IMG/VR virus record: IMGVR_UViG_3300042307_000844
DNA from: a virus
Taxonomy: Duplodnaviria > Caudoviricetes
Reading direction: 5' to 3' (one strand)
Length of the DNA: 64,000 nucleotides
Position numbers and translations under genes: made by a program
Notes under the pieces: model-generated
Database searches by the model: none
What the model saw: the letters and a program-made list of their open reading frames with translations, nothing else
Told to the model about the DNA's origin: nothing
Part shown: positions 1 through 8,753 of the stretch, piece after piece
Numbering within the stretch: the stretch's first letter is position 1
How the letters are laid out: every line of letters begins with the position of its first letter

Positions 1-2
1 AT

Positions 3-653
3 GTTTTATCACTCAGTTCTTGGTCGCAAATACAGCAATTTTTAGGGGGTATTGCAAATGGTTCTTACTATAATCCCATCATCACTATGACCGATGGGAC
101 TATTACGAACATAACCACAGCACCAAAAGGCATACAAACATATACAATAGCAGGTTCCTACACATTCACCGTGCCAGAAAATGTCAAAGTAGTGAAATTC
201 ATTGTGACAGGTGGTGGGGGATATGCTGTAGTTAGAAGTGCTGGTGGGGGAGGAACTGCCATTGGGTATATGGATACTATTCCCGGTGAAGAATTCACTG
301 TTGTTGTGGGTGCTGCTGGTAATTCGGGGAATGCTGTCGGTGATACATCATCGATAACAGATGATGATGGTAATATTGTAGCATCTGCCACAGGAGGAAA
401 TACCACGACGGTTTTTGGTGGGAGTTATGGTGGAGGGGGAGCTAATATTGGTTCCTCTCCGAAAGTTACGTCATTTTTGGAAGTCAAAGGTGGGGATGGT
501 GGACACGCTGTTGCTGGGGAGAATGATAGAGACTCCACTGGTGGGTCTTCTTATTGGGGTGGAAGTCGAGCATATGGTGGAGGGGTTGGGTGTAGCACAG
601 CGGGGGCGAGTGATAGCGTAGCTGGTAGTGGAATTGTGTATTTAGAGTGGTAA
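3..653 (+). CDS. Gly-rich tail/fibre-associated protein, 5'-truncated by the window edge
   Basis: The frame is open from base 3 (VLSLSSWSQIQQFLGGIANG...), upstream of the ATG at 87. It has a 'GSYTFTVP...FIVTGGGG..GGGGTAIG' Gly-rich module typical of phage fibre proteins. Confidence 0.6.
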   Translation, partial: VLSLSSWSQIQQFLGGIANGSYYNPIITMTDGTITNITTAPKGIQTYTIAGSYTFTVPENVKVVKFIVTGGGGYAVVRSAGGGGTAIGYMDTIPGEEFTVVVGAAGNSGNAVGDTSSITDDDGNIVASATGGNTTTVFGGSYGGGGANIGSSPKVTSFLEVKGGDGGHAVAGENDRDSTGGSSYWGGSRAYGGGVGCSTAGASDSVAGSGIVYLEW

Positions 654-657
654 TAAT

Positions 658-1716
658 ATGGCTGATATCTACATTTCAAAAATCAAAGTTCGTAGAGGAA
701 CAAACGCTGAGATCAATTCAACCCGTTTTGACCAAGGAGAACTTGTCCACGCAACAGATTCCAAACGTCTATTCATTGGTAACGGAGTGTTGAGTGGTGG
801 TAATCCGGTTTCCAGTAAAGTCCACCCCCCTCTCAACAATTATTATAGTCTTAGCACCACTTTGGCTGAAGTTGGTGATCTTGTATCTGTAAATTCAATC
901 TGGTATCAACTTACTGCATCTCCTTATAGTTCCGCCACGAATTGGGGAGATGTGAGAACAAAATTCTCTTCTGAATTTATATATGATTCGACTTCCACTG
1001 TTAATATGGCAGTAAGTGGACTATCGGCATCCAAAATTAACCCAAACACGGTTACAAATGGTGTCAATATCATTGATGGTAAAATTCAATTAAATTATAG
1101 AACAAATTTCTTTGAAATATCTTCCAATCAACTCTCCATAAAAACAGGAGGAATCACAACAAGGGAAATTCTTTCATCTTCTTTCAGTAATGGATTGAGT
1201 GGTGGTAATGGAAGACCAATTTCTTTGACTGTTTCCCCCACCGATTTCACATTCCAATCGGGAATACTTTCCGCCAATTACGCCAGAATTTCCGCCTATG
1301 GATTGAACACACAATCCCATTTGCCAGTATCCGCATATAACGCTCTCAGTGGAGTTACTGCTAAAGTTGGGAACACAGCATCAGTTGATAAAGTGATTTA
1401 TCAATTACAATCATTACCAGCCACCGCACTATCGAATTGGGAAGCCATTTCCAAAGATGCATTGACAATTTATGATACTCTGACTGGGAATTCCACGCAT
1501 CATTCCTTATCTGCTCTTTTTAATGGTAGTCCATCGCAACTCACGGATGGTGTGGTTCCCGGAATACAATTGACAAGTTTCACGGCATTGTCTTCCAACG
1601 GTCTTTCTTCCGTATCAATCACCTTATCTTCCGCTGGATTCATCACATTTGCGGGGGATACATCCGAAACCGGAAAAACGGTAAATAGATTCGCAATCCC
1701 AATCTTCACATACTAA
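658..1716 (+). CDS. Tail fibre/baseplate-associated protein with Mtd_N-like N-terminal domain
   Basis: N-terminus 'KIKVRRGT...GELVHATDSKRLFIGNG' matches the major-tropism-determinant N-terminal motif; the body is Ser/Thr/Gly-rich. Confidence 0.6.
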   Translation: MADIYISKIKVRRGTNAEINSTRFDQGELVHATDSKRLFIGNGVLSGGNPVSSKVHPPLNNYYSLSTTLAEVGDLVSVNSIWYQLTASPYSSATNWGDVRTKFSSEFIYDSTSTVNMAVSGLSASKINPNTVTNGVNIIDGKIQLNYRTNFFEISSNQLSIKTGGITTREILSSSFSNGLSGGNGRPISLTVSPTDFTFQSGILSANYARISAYGLNTQSHLPVSAYNALSGVTAKVGNTASVDKVIYQLQSLPATALSNWEAISKDALTIYDTLTGNSTHHSLSALFNGSPSQLTDGVVPGIQLTSFTALSSNGLSSVSITLSSAGFITFAGDTSETGKTVNRFAIPIFTY

Positions 1717-1717
1717 T

Positions 1718-2185
1718 ATGTCAATATCAATCACCAACGACACCCTTTTAAAGTTGCTTGCCCGCCAAGGAACCAATGCAGAACGTTTAAACGTTCTGTT
1801 AAATTCAGGAGAATTTGCATTCACCACCGATACTGAACGTCTTTTCATTGGCAATGGTGCGGATAACGGGGGTGTTTTGGTTGGCAATAAATTCAAGGGA
1901 TCAAATCCCGATGTCACCACCTTCTCTCCCGCAGAAATAGGAGATTTGGCATATAATAGTGATGCTCTCGTATTATATAGACTCAAACAAAATGATGGGT
2001 CAAACTTATCCGATTGGGAAAAAATCGGCGGTTCCGGGTTGACAAGTGATATCAACCAAGCTCTGGGAGGTGTTCAGATTGATAATCTGGTTCGGGTCAC
2101 TTCGGTTGGGTGGTCAACGCTGTCTGCTTCCAACGATCCAAACACTTTTTACATCGTTTCTGATGTGAATTATATAATCGTTTAA
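1718..2185 (+). CDS. Second Mtd_N-like tail protein
   Basis: 'RQGTNAER...GEFAFTTDTERLFIGNG' motif; C-terminal 'WSTLSASNDPNTFYIV' resembles the phage tail 'Y.AL..KD..TLY.I' motif. Confidence 0.6.
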   Translation: MSISITNDTLLKLLARQGTNAERLNVLLNSGEFAFTTDTERLFIGNGADNGGVLVGNKFKGSNPDVTTFSPAEIGDLAYNSDALVLYRLKQNDGSNLSDWEKIGGSGLTSDINQALGGVQIDNLVRVTSVGWSTLSASNDPNTFYIVSDVNYIIV

Positions 2186-2209
2186 TGTAACATATACTTT
2201 GACACTGTA

Positions 2210-2686
2210 ATGCCTACAAGCACCACCACTACTCTCTCAGGCACCACCACTCCAACGCCTACTACAAGCACCACGACTGCTCCATCAGACACCACGACTA
2301 CTACAAGCACCACGACTGCTCCATCAGACACCACGACTACTACAAGCACCACGACTGCTCCATCAGACACCACTACAGAACCCCCCATCACTACAGAACC
2401 CCCCACCACTACAGAACCCCCCACAACACCATCTTTAAGTTGTTGCGCTCCCCCTCCAAACCCACCAGTAATCAATCCCCCCATCATTCTGAACTTTACA
2501 ACACGAACCATTCCCCCGTTAGTGATTGATATAACACCCCCGACATCTCTCAATCCATTTACCATTCAAATAACTACGACCACCACAACAACGACTACGA
2601 CCACAACGACCACAACAACTGTTCCAAGAACTGGAACAGTTGTGCCTATTGAATGTGAAAGTTATTGTAAAAAGCTTGGGTTCTGA
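2210..2686 (+). CDS. Thr/Pro-rich mucin-like protein
   Basis: TSTTTAPSDTTTT and TTEPP repeats, a poly-Thr run, and Cys residues (SCCA, ECESYC). Confidence 0.6.
   Translation: MPTSTTTTLSGTTTPTPTTSTTTAPSDTTTTTSTTTAPSDTTTTTSTTTAPSDTTTEPPITTEPPTTTEPPTTPSLSCCAPPPNPPVINPPIILNFTTRTIPPLVIDITPPTSLNPFTIQITTTTTTTTTTTTTTTTVPRTGTVVPIECESYCKKLGF
2250..2425 (+). repeat. Coding tandem repeats: ~3 x 39 bp followed by 3 x 18 bp
   Basis: Unit tacaagcaccacgactgctccatcagacaccacgactac (39 bp, 13 aa) is repeated, then cactacagaacccccca(t/c) (18 bp). Confidence 0.9.
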
Positions 2687-2697
2687 TAATTATTAAC

Positions 2698-3534
2698 ATG
2701 CGAAAACTCACGATTGGTATTCCCACCTATAATGATTATGATGGATTATATTTCAGCATTCAAGCCATTAGAACATATCATCGGGAAGTTATAGATGATA
2801 TTGAATTTATTATTATTGATAATAATCCTGATTCTCCCCATGGGCAATCCAATAGGAATCTCACGAATTGGATCAAAGAACCTTTTCAATACCTCCCATT
2901 CACCAAATACAACGCATCCACCGTTAAAAATAAGGTGTTTTCCCTATCGGATACCCCTTATACCCTATGCATGGATAGCCATGTGATGATTGTCCCCGGT
3001 GCCTTGAAAAAGCTGATCCATTTATACGATTGTGGTGGAGATGGTGGAAATCTTTTACAAGGTCCTCTGCTTTATGATGATTTCCATCATTATTCCACCC
3101 ACTTTGATGACACTTGGAGTTCCCATATGTGGGGAACGTGGCAAACGGATGAGAGGGGCAAGGAAACGGATGCTCCCCCCTTTGAAATACCAGCCCAAGG
3201 CATGGGACTGTTCTCCTGTAGGACAGACTCATGGTTGGGATTCAACAAAGCTTTTAGGGGCTTTGGGGGGGAGGAGAAGTATATCCATGAGAAATACCGC
3301 CAACACGGTAAGAAGACGCTCTGCTTGCCCTTCCTGCGTTGGTTACACCGCTTTGAGCGTCCTGCTGGTATCCCATACAAGAATGATCTCAAGGATCGCT
3401 TTCGTAATTACATGATTGGGCATCACGAATTGGGGCAAGATACCAAAGTTCTCAAGGAACAGTTCAAAGGGGTCGTATCAGTGGAAGATATGAACAAGAT
3501 TGAAGTGGAAGCTACGATATTATCAAAATTATAA
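2698..3534 (+). CDS. Glycosyltransferase family 2
   Basis: 'LTIGIPTYND', 'IIIDN', DxH 'MDSH', and 'FRGFGGEE' GT-A motifs. Confidence 0.85.
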   Translation: MRKLTIGIPTYNDYDGLYFSIQAIRTYHREVIDDIEFIIIDNNPDSPHGQSNRNLTNWIKEPFQYLPFTKYNASTVKNKVFSLSDTPYTLCMDSHVMIVPGALKKLIHLYDCGGDGGNLLQGPLLYDDFHHYSTHFDDTWSSHMWGTWQTDERGKETDAPPFEIPAQGMGLFSCRTDSWLGFNKAFRGFGGEEKYIHEKYRQHGKKTLCLPFLRWLHRFERPAGIPYKNDLKDRFRNYMIGHHELGQDTKVLKEQFKGVVSVEDMNKIEVEATILSKL

Positions 3535-3714
3535 ACAATAGTTCTTCACATTACCCATCTCATCACGGTATCTTGCATATGAATATGTAGCTACACAAGA
3601 ATCTTCGTTTTCCTCCCATACTCCTAGAGTAGATTGCAATTCGTAAATTGCTTTAATATATTGTTCACAGGCAGATTTGGCAAGTGTAATATTTTCGTAG
3701 ATTATTTCTTCCAT
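3529..3714 (-). CDS. Hypothetical protein
   Basis: Small ORF in a tightly packed leftward run. Confidence 0.5.
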   Translation of the reverse strand: MEEIIYENITLAKSACEQYIKAIYELQSTLGVWEENEDSCVATYSYARYRDEMGNVKNYCL

Positions 3715-3717
3715 GTT

Positions 3718-3948
3718 TCAAATATTTCCCAATTGATGTTCAATTCTTGTGTCCCATAACATTGCAGGAAGTCTATCCTCAATATATTGGGTGATTGCCA
3801 ACGGTTTGATCATCTCCGCTGGATTGACTTCAAGTTCTTCCGCCCTCTGTTGAATGAAATGGAATGCTTCCACCAAGCAAGCCCATTTTGCAAATTCCTC
3901 GATGGTCATTTTGATCACCCCTCTTTTTTTAGTTTGTATTTTTATCAT
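3718..3948 (-). CDS. Hypothetical protein
   Basis: Packed leftward ORF; the start may be the internal MTIEEF. Confidence 0.6.
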   Translation of the reverse strand: MIKIQTKKRGVIKMTIEEFAKWACLVEAFHFIQQRAEELEVNPAEMIKPLAITQYIEDRLPAMLWDTRIEHQLGNI

Positions 3949-4474
3949 TTAGTTTTGTTTTAATTAATTTATCGATGTTTAAATCCTCAATCGGTTCCGT
4001 GATCAGAACAGTATCAAGCTTTAAAGTAACGGAATATGTGTTATTACAGGCATCACATTTCACTTCATATTCCTCCTCCGGTTTGAAAATACCCTCAAAC
4101 ATGTTTTGACCACAGTTGCAGGGGAATCTAACGGAAGCTTCTTCCAACATACTCTCGTAGTTTTTAATCACCTCTTCCTGTTCGACCATCACCCCATCCG
4201 CTTCCTGAAGCATCTTCTCCAATTGAATCACCCGCTCATCGGTCTGTTTCTTCTCAAGCTGGTTCTCCAATTCAATAACCCTATCATCCTTTTGCTTGCG
4301 ATTGTTCCACCAAAACATTCCCACCCCACATCCAATCATGGATAACACGAAATATCGTAGGAAATCCATCTCATTTGTGGTCAACCCAAAAGCCAACCCA
4401 AGGGAAATAGTAATTCCTCCCAATATTTGCAGTCCTATTTTTTCTATTTTTTCTGTCATAATTTTTATGTCCAC
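3929..4474 (-). CDS. Membrane protein with coiled coil and CxC/CxxC zinc-ribbon-like C-terminus
   Basis: Two hydrophobic segments, a heptad region, then 'CNCG...CDACN'. Confidence 0.65.
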   Translation of the reverse strand: MDIKIMTEKIEKIGLQILGGITISLGLAFGLTTNEMDFLRYFVLSMIGCGVGMFWWNNRKQKDDRVIELENQLEKKQTDERVIQLEKMLQEADGVMVEQEEVIKNYESMLEEASVRFPCNCGQNMFEGIFKPEEEYEVKCDACNNTYSVTLKLDTVLITEPIEDLNIDKLIKTKLNDKNTN

Positions 4475-4848
4475 ATGTAGCCCCGCTGTTGGATGATGAT
4501 CCGCATCACTTCCGAATCCTCATCATAAAGTTCTTTCTCAATCTTCTCATATTCTTTCCAATCCTCAATCGTGTCAAGAATTTTTACGATTTCAGATCGT
4601 CCCACCTTGATCCAATCATAACATTGTTTGAGCAAGCCTTCTCTGGCCTTGATCAGATCGACAGTCTCTTGCGTCACATGTCCTTTCTCAAGCTCTTCTT
4701 TGAATAGCTCATCAAGATTATCACGAAGACCTCGTTCTTCCTCCACATAATGAACCAGAGATTCAAATAAACAGATTTCCAGCAGTGCGTCCTTATCCAT
4801 CCAAGTTCCTTTGAGCTTGTTTGTTAGCCATCTTTGTTGATTTTTCAT
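4465..4848 (-). CDS. Hypothetical protein
   Basis: Packed ORF abutting its neighbours. Confidence 0.6.
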   Translation of the reverse strand: MKNQQRWLTNKLKGTWMDKDALLEICLFESLVHYVEEERGLRDNLDELFKEELEKGHVTQETVDLIKAREGLLKQCYDWIKVGRSEIVKILDTIEDWKEYEKIEKELYDEDSEVMRIIIQQRGYMWT

Positions 4849-5031
4849 TTATTTTTCAGATTTATAGTGTGCGTATAACCCAACCACACCCAAGAGTATC
4901 CATGTAAATGGAAGATAATCAAGATTTTTTATGTTAATGAGAAGCAATAGCGGGGTAGTTATCACACCCATCACACACCCAAACATGAGTTGATTCCAAA
5001 GTTGTTTGTTCATTTCTTTATTACGTGCCAC
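4849..5031 (-). CDS. Small two-TM membrane protein
   Basis: Two hydrophobic stretches in 60 aa. Confidence 0.55.
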   Translation of the reverse strand: MARNKEMNKQLWNQLMFGCVMGVITTPLLLLINIKNLDYLPFTWILLGVVGLYAHYKSEK

Positions 5032-5065
5032 TTTTATGTTGGATTTCGTATTTCATATTTCATAA

Positions 5066-5248
5066 TCAATTAAAATTATCTTTATCTCTGAAAATATTGT
5101 CAATTTCCCTCAAACAATTCTCCACACCTTCACTTGATAGTGAAATATTTCGAGCAATATAGAGCCTATTGCAGATATCCTGCAATTCCCCAGCTTGATC
5201 AATAAAATCCATTACCACGTCCAAATCAATTGTATTCTCGTCTTCCAT
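5066..5248 (-). CDS. Hypothetical protein
   Basis: ATG lies 7 nt downstream of the repeated 19-bp promoter element. Confidence 0.6.
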   Translation of the reverse strand: MEDENTIDLDVVMDFIDQAGELQDICNRLYIARNISLSSEGVENCLREIDNIFRDKDNFN

Positions 5249-5255
5249 GCTTAGG

Positions 5256-5274
5256 ATTGTAGTCTAGTTTTTAA
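5256..5274 (-). promoter_or_regulatory. 19-bp element copy 1 (TTAAAAACTAGACTACAAT)
   Basis: One of four near-identical copies, each ending in a -10-like hexamer just before an ATG. Confidence 0.7.
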
Positions 5275-5621
5275 TGTCCAATTGTGAATTTCTCAAGCGT
5301 TTTATCCCCGTTCTGCATGAGATACATAATAATCTTCTCCAGATTTCCCTTGAGTTTGATAAGTTCCCCGTTTTTCTGAAATTCCTCCATTTTCAGGAGA
5401 TTTTCCAGATTTCGGGACGCTGCAAACGCATTATCCACGATATTTGCCATTTGTTGGGGTAATTCCCCAAATTCAAACGGTAGAGTGTGGGGAGCCTTGG
5501 CTTCTTTCTCATCCGTCTTGTATTTTCGCATCTGTTCCGAAGGATTCAGCGAACTTTCAAAGTCGAAATCGATGGCACCGGACGCGATTGCAGTGGAATA
5601 GGGAGAATTTGAGGCAGACAT
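5271..5621 (-). CDS. Hypothetical late protein
   Basis: TAAATA (5627-5632) sits 5 nt before the ATG. Confidence 0.7.
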   Translation of the reverse strand: MSASNSPYSTAIASGAIDFDFESSLNPSEQMRKYKTDEKEAKAPHTLPFEFGELPQQMANIVDNAFAASRNLENLLKMEEFQKNGELIKLKGNLEKIIMYLMQNGDKTLEKFTIGH

Positions 5622-5629
5622 ATTAGTAT

Positions 5630-5920
5630 TTAATCACTTTTTCCATAAAGCCTGATAATTCTATAAATATCAGATGCTTCACCCACCTTTTCAACACCTT
5701 GGCAATATGAATCGTTATTACCAGCTTCTTCCTCAACCTCTGTTGCCGTCAGTGTATTACCAATTCCCATTCCAAAATCAATTCCACCCCCAATATATAC
5801 TATTTTATTTTCATTATGATAGATTCCTGTAAATATCCAAGTCTTCCCTTCTTCCCAATCATCACAATGCCACCGAATAACATCACCACATTTCACCGTT
5901 TCCCCGTTTTTGTATGTCAT
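5630..5920 (-). CDS. Hypothetical protein
   Basis: Follows copy 2 of the 19-bp element. Confidence 0.65.
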   Translation of the reverse strand: MTYKNGETVKCGDVIRWHCDDWEEGKTWIFTGIYHNENKIVYIGGGIDFGMGIGNTLTATEVEEEAGNNDSYCQGVEKVGEASDIYRIIRLYGKSD

Positions 5921-5926
5921 ATTTTC

Positions 5927-5945
5927 ATTATATTCTAGTTTTTAA
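5927..5945 (-). promoter_or_regulatory. 19-bp element copy 2 (TTAAAAACTAGAATATAAT)
   Basis: Repeat copy containing a perfect TATAAT. Confidence 0.7.
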
Positions 5946-5968
5946 CGCTATTTCCACTAAATACTATC

Positions 5969-6385
5969 ATGGCTAATAAATTCCACGCTAAATTCCTCAA
6001 AATTCTCCAAGAAGCTCCCCAACTTGACATTGATCCTGATTTGGAGAGAGGTGCTGCTGAGATGTCCCTAGACGATGATGTTGCCATGGATGATTATGAT
6101 GTGGACATGGAAGTTGATCCATCCGCTGTGGATGAGATTGGGGATGCCATGGCTCGCCAGAATGAGCAAATGGTTGGTGTTGTTGATAAATGGAATTCAA
6201 ATATTGATAAGTTCCTTGGTTATCTCAATGGTGATCAGCCAAACAGTATTCAGAGTGTTCTGGCTACCGCCAATCCTGAGTCGATGTTGGGTAATTTGAA
6301 GAACCAACAAGTGAAAATTGGTCGCATTGCTTCCGATCTTGCTGCCCTTCAACAGTCGTTTATGACTGCGAAGAAGTCTCAGTGA
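5969..6385 (+). CDS. Hypothetical acidic late protein
   Basis: TAAATA (5958-5963) + 5 nt + ATG; N-terminus 'KFHAKFLKILQE'. Confidence 0.75.
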   Translation: MANKFHAKFLKILQEAPQLDIDPDLERGAAEMSLDDDVAMDDYDVDMEVDPSAVDEIGDAMARQNEQMVGVVDKWNSNIDKFLGYLNGDQPNSIQSVLATANPESMLGNLKNQQVKIGRIASDLAALQQSFMTAKKSQ

Positions 6386-7507
6386 TTATTTGATTAATTT
6401 CATTTTTACCGTAGCTGCCAAACCCTTGCAGCTATTTTTCACGATTAAATCCGTGGGATATTCATCCATGCCATAAGCCATACACACAGCATTCAGGTCT
6501 TTGAACTTTTTTCCATCATATTCTGGCCAGATGAAGACCTTTTCTCCCATATCAATCAGCTTTAGGGTCTTCTCCCGTGCTGTTTTATCGATCCACTGGC
6601 TATCCAATACCCAAATCCTCTCAAAGAACTTCAAACCATCCATCTGTTCCTGTTGATACGATGTGAAAAGCTGATCACCCTTGGTAATACCCCCAATACC
6701 AAGCCCATTGTTCACAAAACAAGCATCCAGTGGTCCTTCTATGATGAATACCTTATCCAAATCGGATGATATGCGCTCAATTCCAAACACACTCTTATCT
6801 CCCCCATCTTTTGATAGGTAAGAAGGGGATTCGTCATCCACCAATCGTCGGCTCTGGTAATAAACAATCTTCCCGTTCTCATCCTTGAAAGGTATCACCA
6901 GACGCTTATCATGCTTTTCATCCTTCAAAGAGATGTAGAAGGCATCTGGACGGTTCACAGCGGTATCCAATCGCCTTTCCTTGATGTAAGCCAGAGCTTT
7001 TTGGACGATCTTGTTATTCTTGTAGTAATCGGTCTGATTCTTATCAAATAGATTGATACTATCCATCGGTAAGGATGCTGATTTGGGTTTTTCCTGTTTT
7101 TCTTCCATATCCATGACATTAATCATCCCATAATTACCTTTCTCAATCTCATCCACCATCTGATTGAAGGACAATCCCGACACTTCCTTGATCCATTTGT
7201 AAGGCTTGGATGACCAGCCGCAATTGTGGCAAAATATGTTGTCATTTTCGGGAATGTAGAAGCATCGTTTCTTTGATCCCCAACTTTTACCTTCCCGGCA
7301 TATGGGACAACAGCAATTATAATTACCATTATGGCTGTTAAAAGAAACTTTATATCCATATTCGTAAAATTTGGACACCACATAATCAGTGGGAAACTCA
7401 ATGATCCTCTTTTGCAAGGACTTCGTATTGGGCTTGGACAACGCGGCGGATATTTTTTGGGAGATGTTCAACGAATTCAATAATCTCATGTTCTTTGGCA
7501 AAGTCAA
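6386..7507 (-). CDS. gp61: DNA primase (T4 gp61-like)
   Basis: Zn ribbon 'CCPICREG...CHNCG' and TOPRIM 'FIIEGPLDA' and 'VLDSQ'. The true start is uncertain because of a 110-bp overlap with the upstream ORF. Confidence 0.92.
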   Translation of the reverse strand: MTLPKNMRLLNSLNISQKISAALSKPNTKSLQKRIIEFPTDYVVSKFYEYGYKVSFNSHNGNYNCCCPICREGKSWGSKKRCFYIPENDNIFCHNCGWSSKPYKWIKEVSGLSFNQMVDEIEKGNYGMINVMDMEEKQEKPKSASLPMDSINLFDKNQTDYYKNNKIVQKALAYIKERRLDTAVNRPDAFYISLKDEKHDKRLVIPFKDENGKIVYYQSRRLVDDESPSYLSKDGGDKSVFGIERISSDLDKVFIIEGPLDACFVNNGLGIGGITKGDQLFTSYQQEQMDGLKFFERIWVLDSQWIDKTAREKTLKLIDMGEKVFIWPEYDGKKFKDLNAVCMAYGMDEYPTDLIVKNSCKGLAATVKMKLIK

Positions 7508-7667
7508 ATTTGTCTTCCGGGACTCTTTGGATTTTTATATCTGGAACAGAGAGAAACACATAATCATCCCCATCTTTTTTAATAAAATTGAATAATTGTC
7601 CAACGAAATCCCCCGTTTGAACGGCATAAACATCACCTTTCTTAATTTTTGGTTTTTTAAAAAACAT
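7398..7667 (-). CDS. Hypothetical protein
   Basis: Packed ORF in the replication block. Confidence 0.65.
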   Translation of the reverse strand: MFFKKPKIKKGDVYAVQTGDFVGQLFNFIKKDGDDYVFLSVPDIKIQRVPEDKFDFAKEHEIIEFVEHLPKNIRRVVQAQYEVLAKEDH

Positions 7668-7670
7668 TAT

Positions 7671-8021
7671 TCAAAAATCGTCTGCAAGATTCATCCTACC
7701 AGCCATGAACTCTCCAAATTTCTGGATGAATAGGTTTTGCATGGCATTATCCTCCATCTTATTGGCGTGAAATGCGATTTCCACAACATTTCCATCCAGA
7801 TCATATCCGAGGAGCTTACCACATACTAAAAATTCCTTCAAAATAGCCTTTAGAGCATCGTTTGTCAGTGGATGAGAACCTTTCTTACGCTCGTTCCTAA
7901 GCTTCTTTTTCAGGGATTCCCGAAGAACTTCCAATACCTGCTCATCCACGAAGATTTCCTCCGGTTCTTCATCATTCTTGGCCATATTCATACTTATCCT
8001 TGACATAAACAGAATTAACAT
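7671..8021 (-). CDS. Hypothetical protein
   Basis: Packed ORF; the start is probably the internal MAKND. Confidence 0.65.
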   Translation of the reverse strand: MLILFMSRISMNMAKNDEEPEEIFVDEQVLEVLRESLKKKLRNERKKGSHPLTNDALKAILKEFLVCGKLLGYDLDGNVVEIAFHANKMEDNAMQNLFIQKFGEFMAGRMNLADDF

Positions 8022-8352
8022 TCATCTGCCTCACTCCTTTTTCAATCAGAGTAGTGACAACAATTTCCATACTCTGAGTTTTAAGGTTGAAATTCTTGAT
8101 AAAACGATTACCCCCGTCATTAAACTCAAACATCACATCCCCCAGAGCTTCCTTGTTCTGATAACAGGTAATAATAACCGAAGTATTGCTAGGATCAACC
8201 ATGATCGACCATTTGCGGGGATCGTGTTGGGCATACTTATCAAACAGCTTAATGGTTGCAAACCCCGAATCCCTGAGTCTCTTGATGAAATACCCCTGTG
8301 TGCTAACGTTGTTCTTCATGTTAATACTTAACGAATATTTTGGATAACTCAA
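7972..8352 (-). CDS. Hypothetical protein
   Basis: Packed ORF. Confidence 0.65.
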   Translation of the reverse strand: MSYPKYSLSINMKNNVSTQGYFIKRLRDSGFATIKLFDKYAQHDPRKWSIMVDPSNTSVIITCYQNKEALGDVMFEFNDGGNRFIKNFNLKTQSMEIVVTTLIEKGVRQMNVNSVYVKDKYEYGQE

Positions 8353-8753
8353 GCAAGATATTCTTTCATAATGTCACGAATAATCCGTCTTCCTTCCTCA
8401 TTTGCAGAGTGAACATAGACCTTGATGTTATCATTTGGAGACAATTTATCCTTCAGATACTTGGCACAGTGAATACCAGACTTTGTTTGGAAATTCTCCC
8501 ATTCATAATAACCGGGATTCTTGAGAAAATTGATATAATATTTCATGTGTTCCAAGCACAAATCATTGTCAAATGAACAAATGGATGGAAACCCTCGTTC
8601 CTCAATAATCTTCACGAAATCGTTATAATTTCTAACAATTTCCCAATTTCCATTGGATGTTTTGGTCTTATCCAACAGCATCACACCCCCGTCATTATAT
8701 AGAAATGCATCTTTGGGTTGGCGCACATCATCAAGAAATAATAAATAAGACAT
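8349..8753 (-). CDS. Cyclic-phosphate-processing receiver-like (cREC) domain protein
   Basis: 'LFLDDVRQP', 'WEIVRNY', 'SFDNDL', and 'VHSANEEG' pattern. Confidence 0.75.
   Translation of the reverse strand: MSYLLFLDDVRQPKDAFLYNDGGVMLLDKTKTSNGNWEIVRNYNDFVKIIEERGFPSICSFDNDLCLEHMKYYINFLKNPGYYEWENFQTKSGIHCAKYLKDKLSPNDNIKVYVHSANEEGRRIIRDIMKEYLA

Noticed and set aside
658-2185. Diversity-generating retroelement suggested by Mtd_N-like domains
   Set aside because: No reverse transcriptase and no template/variable repeat pair differing at adenines in the window.
2250-2425. Tandem 39-bp repeats as a CRISPR array
   Set aside because: The units are contiguous with no unique spacers, are multiples of 3 and encode the Thr-rich protein; no cas genes.
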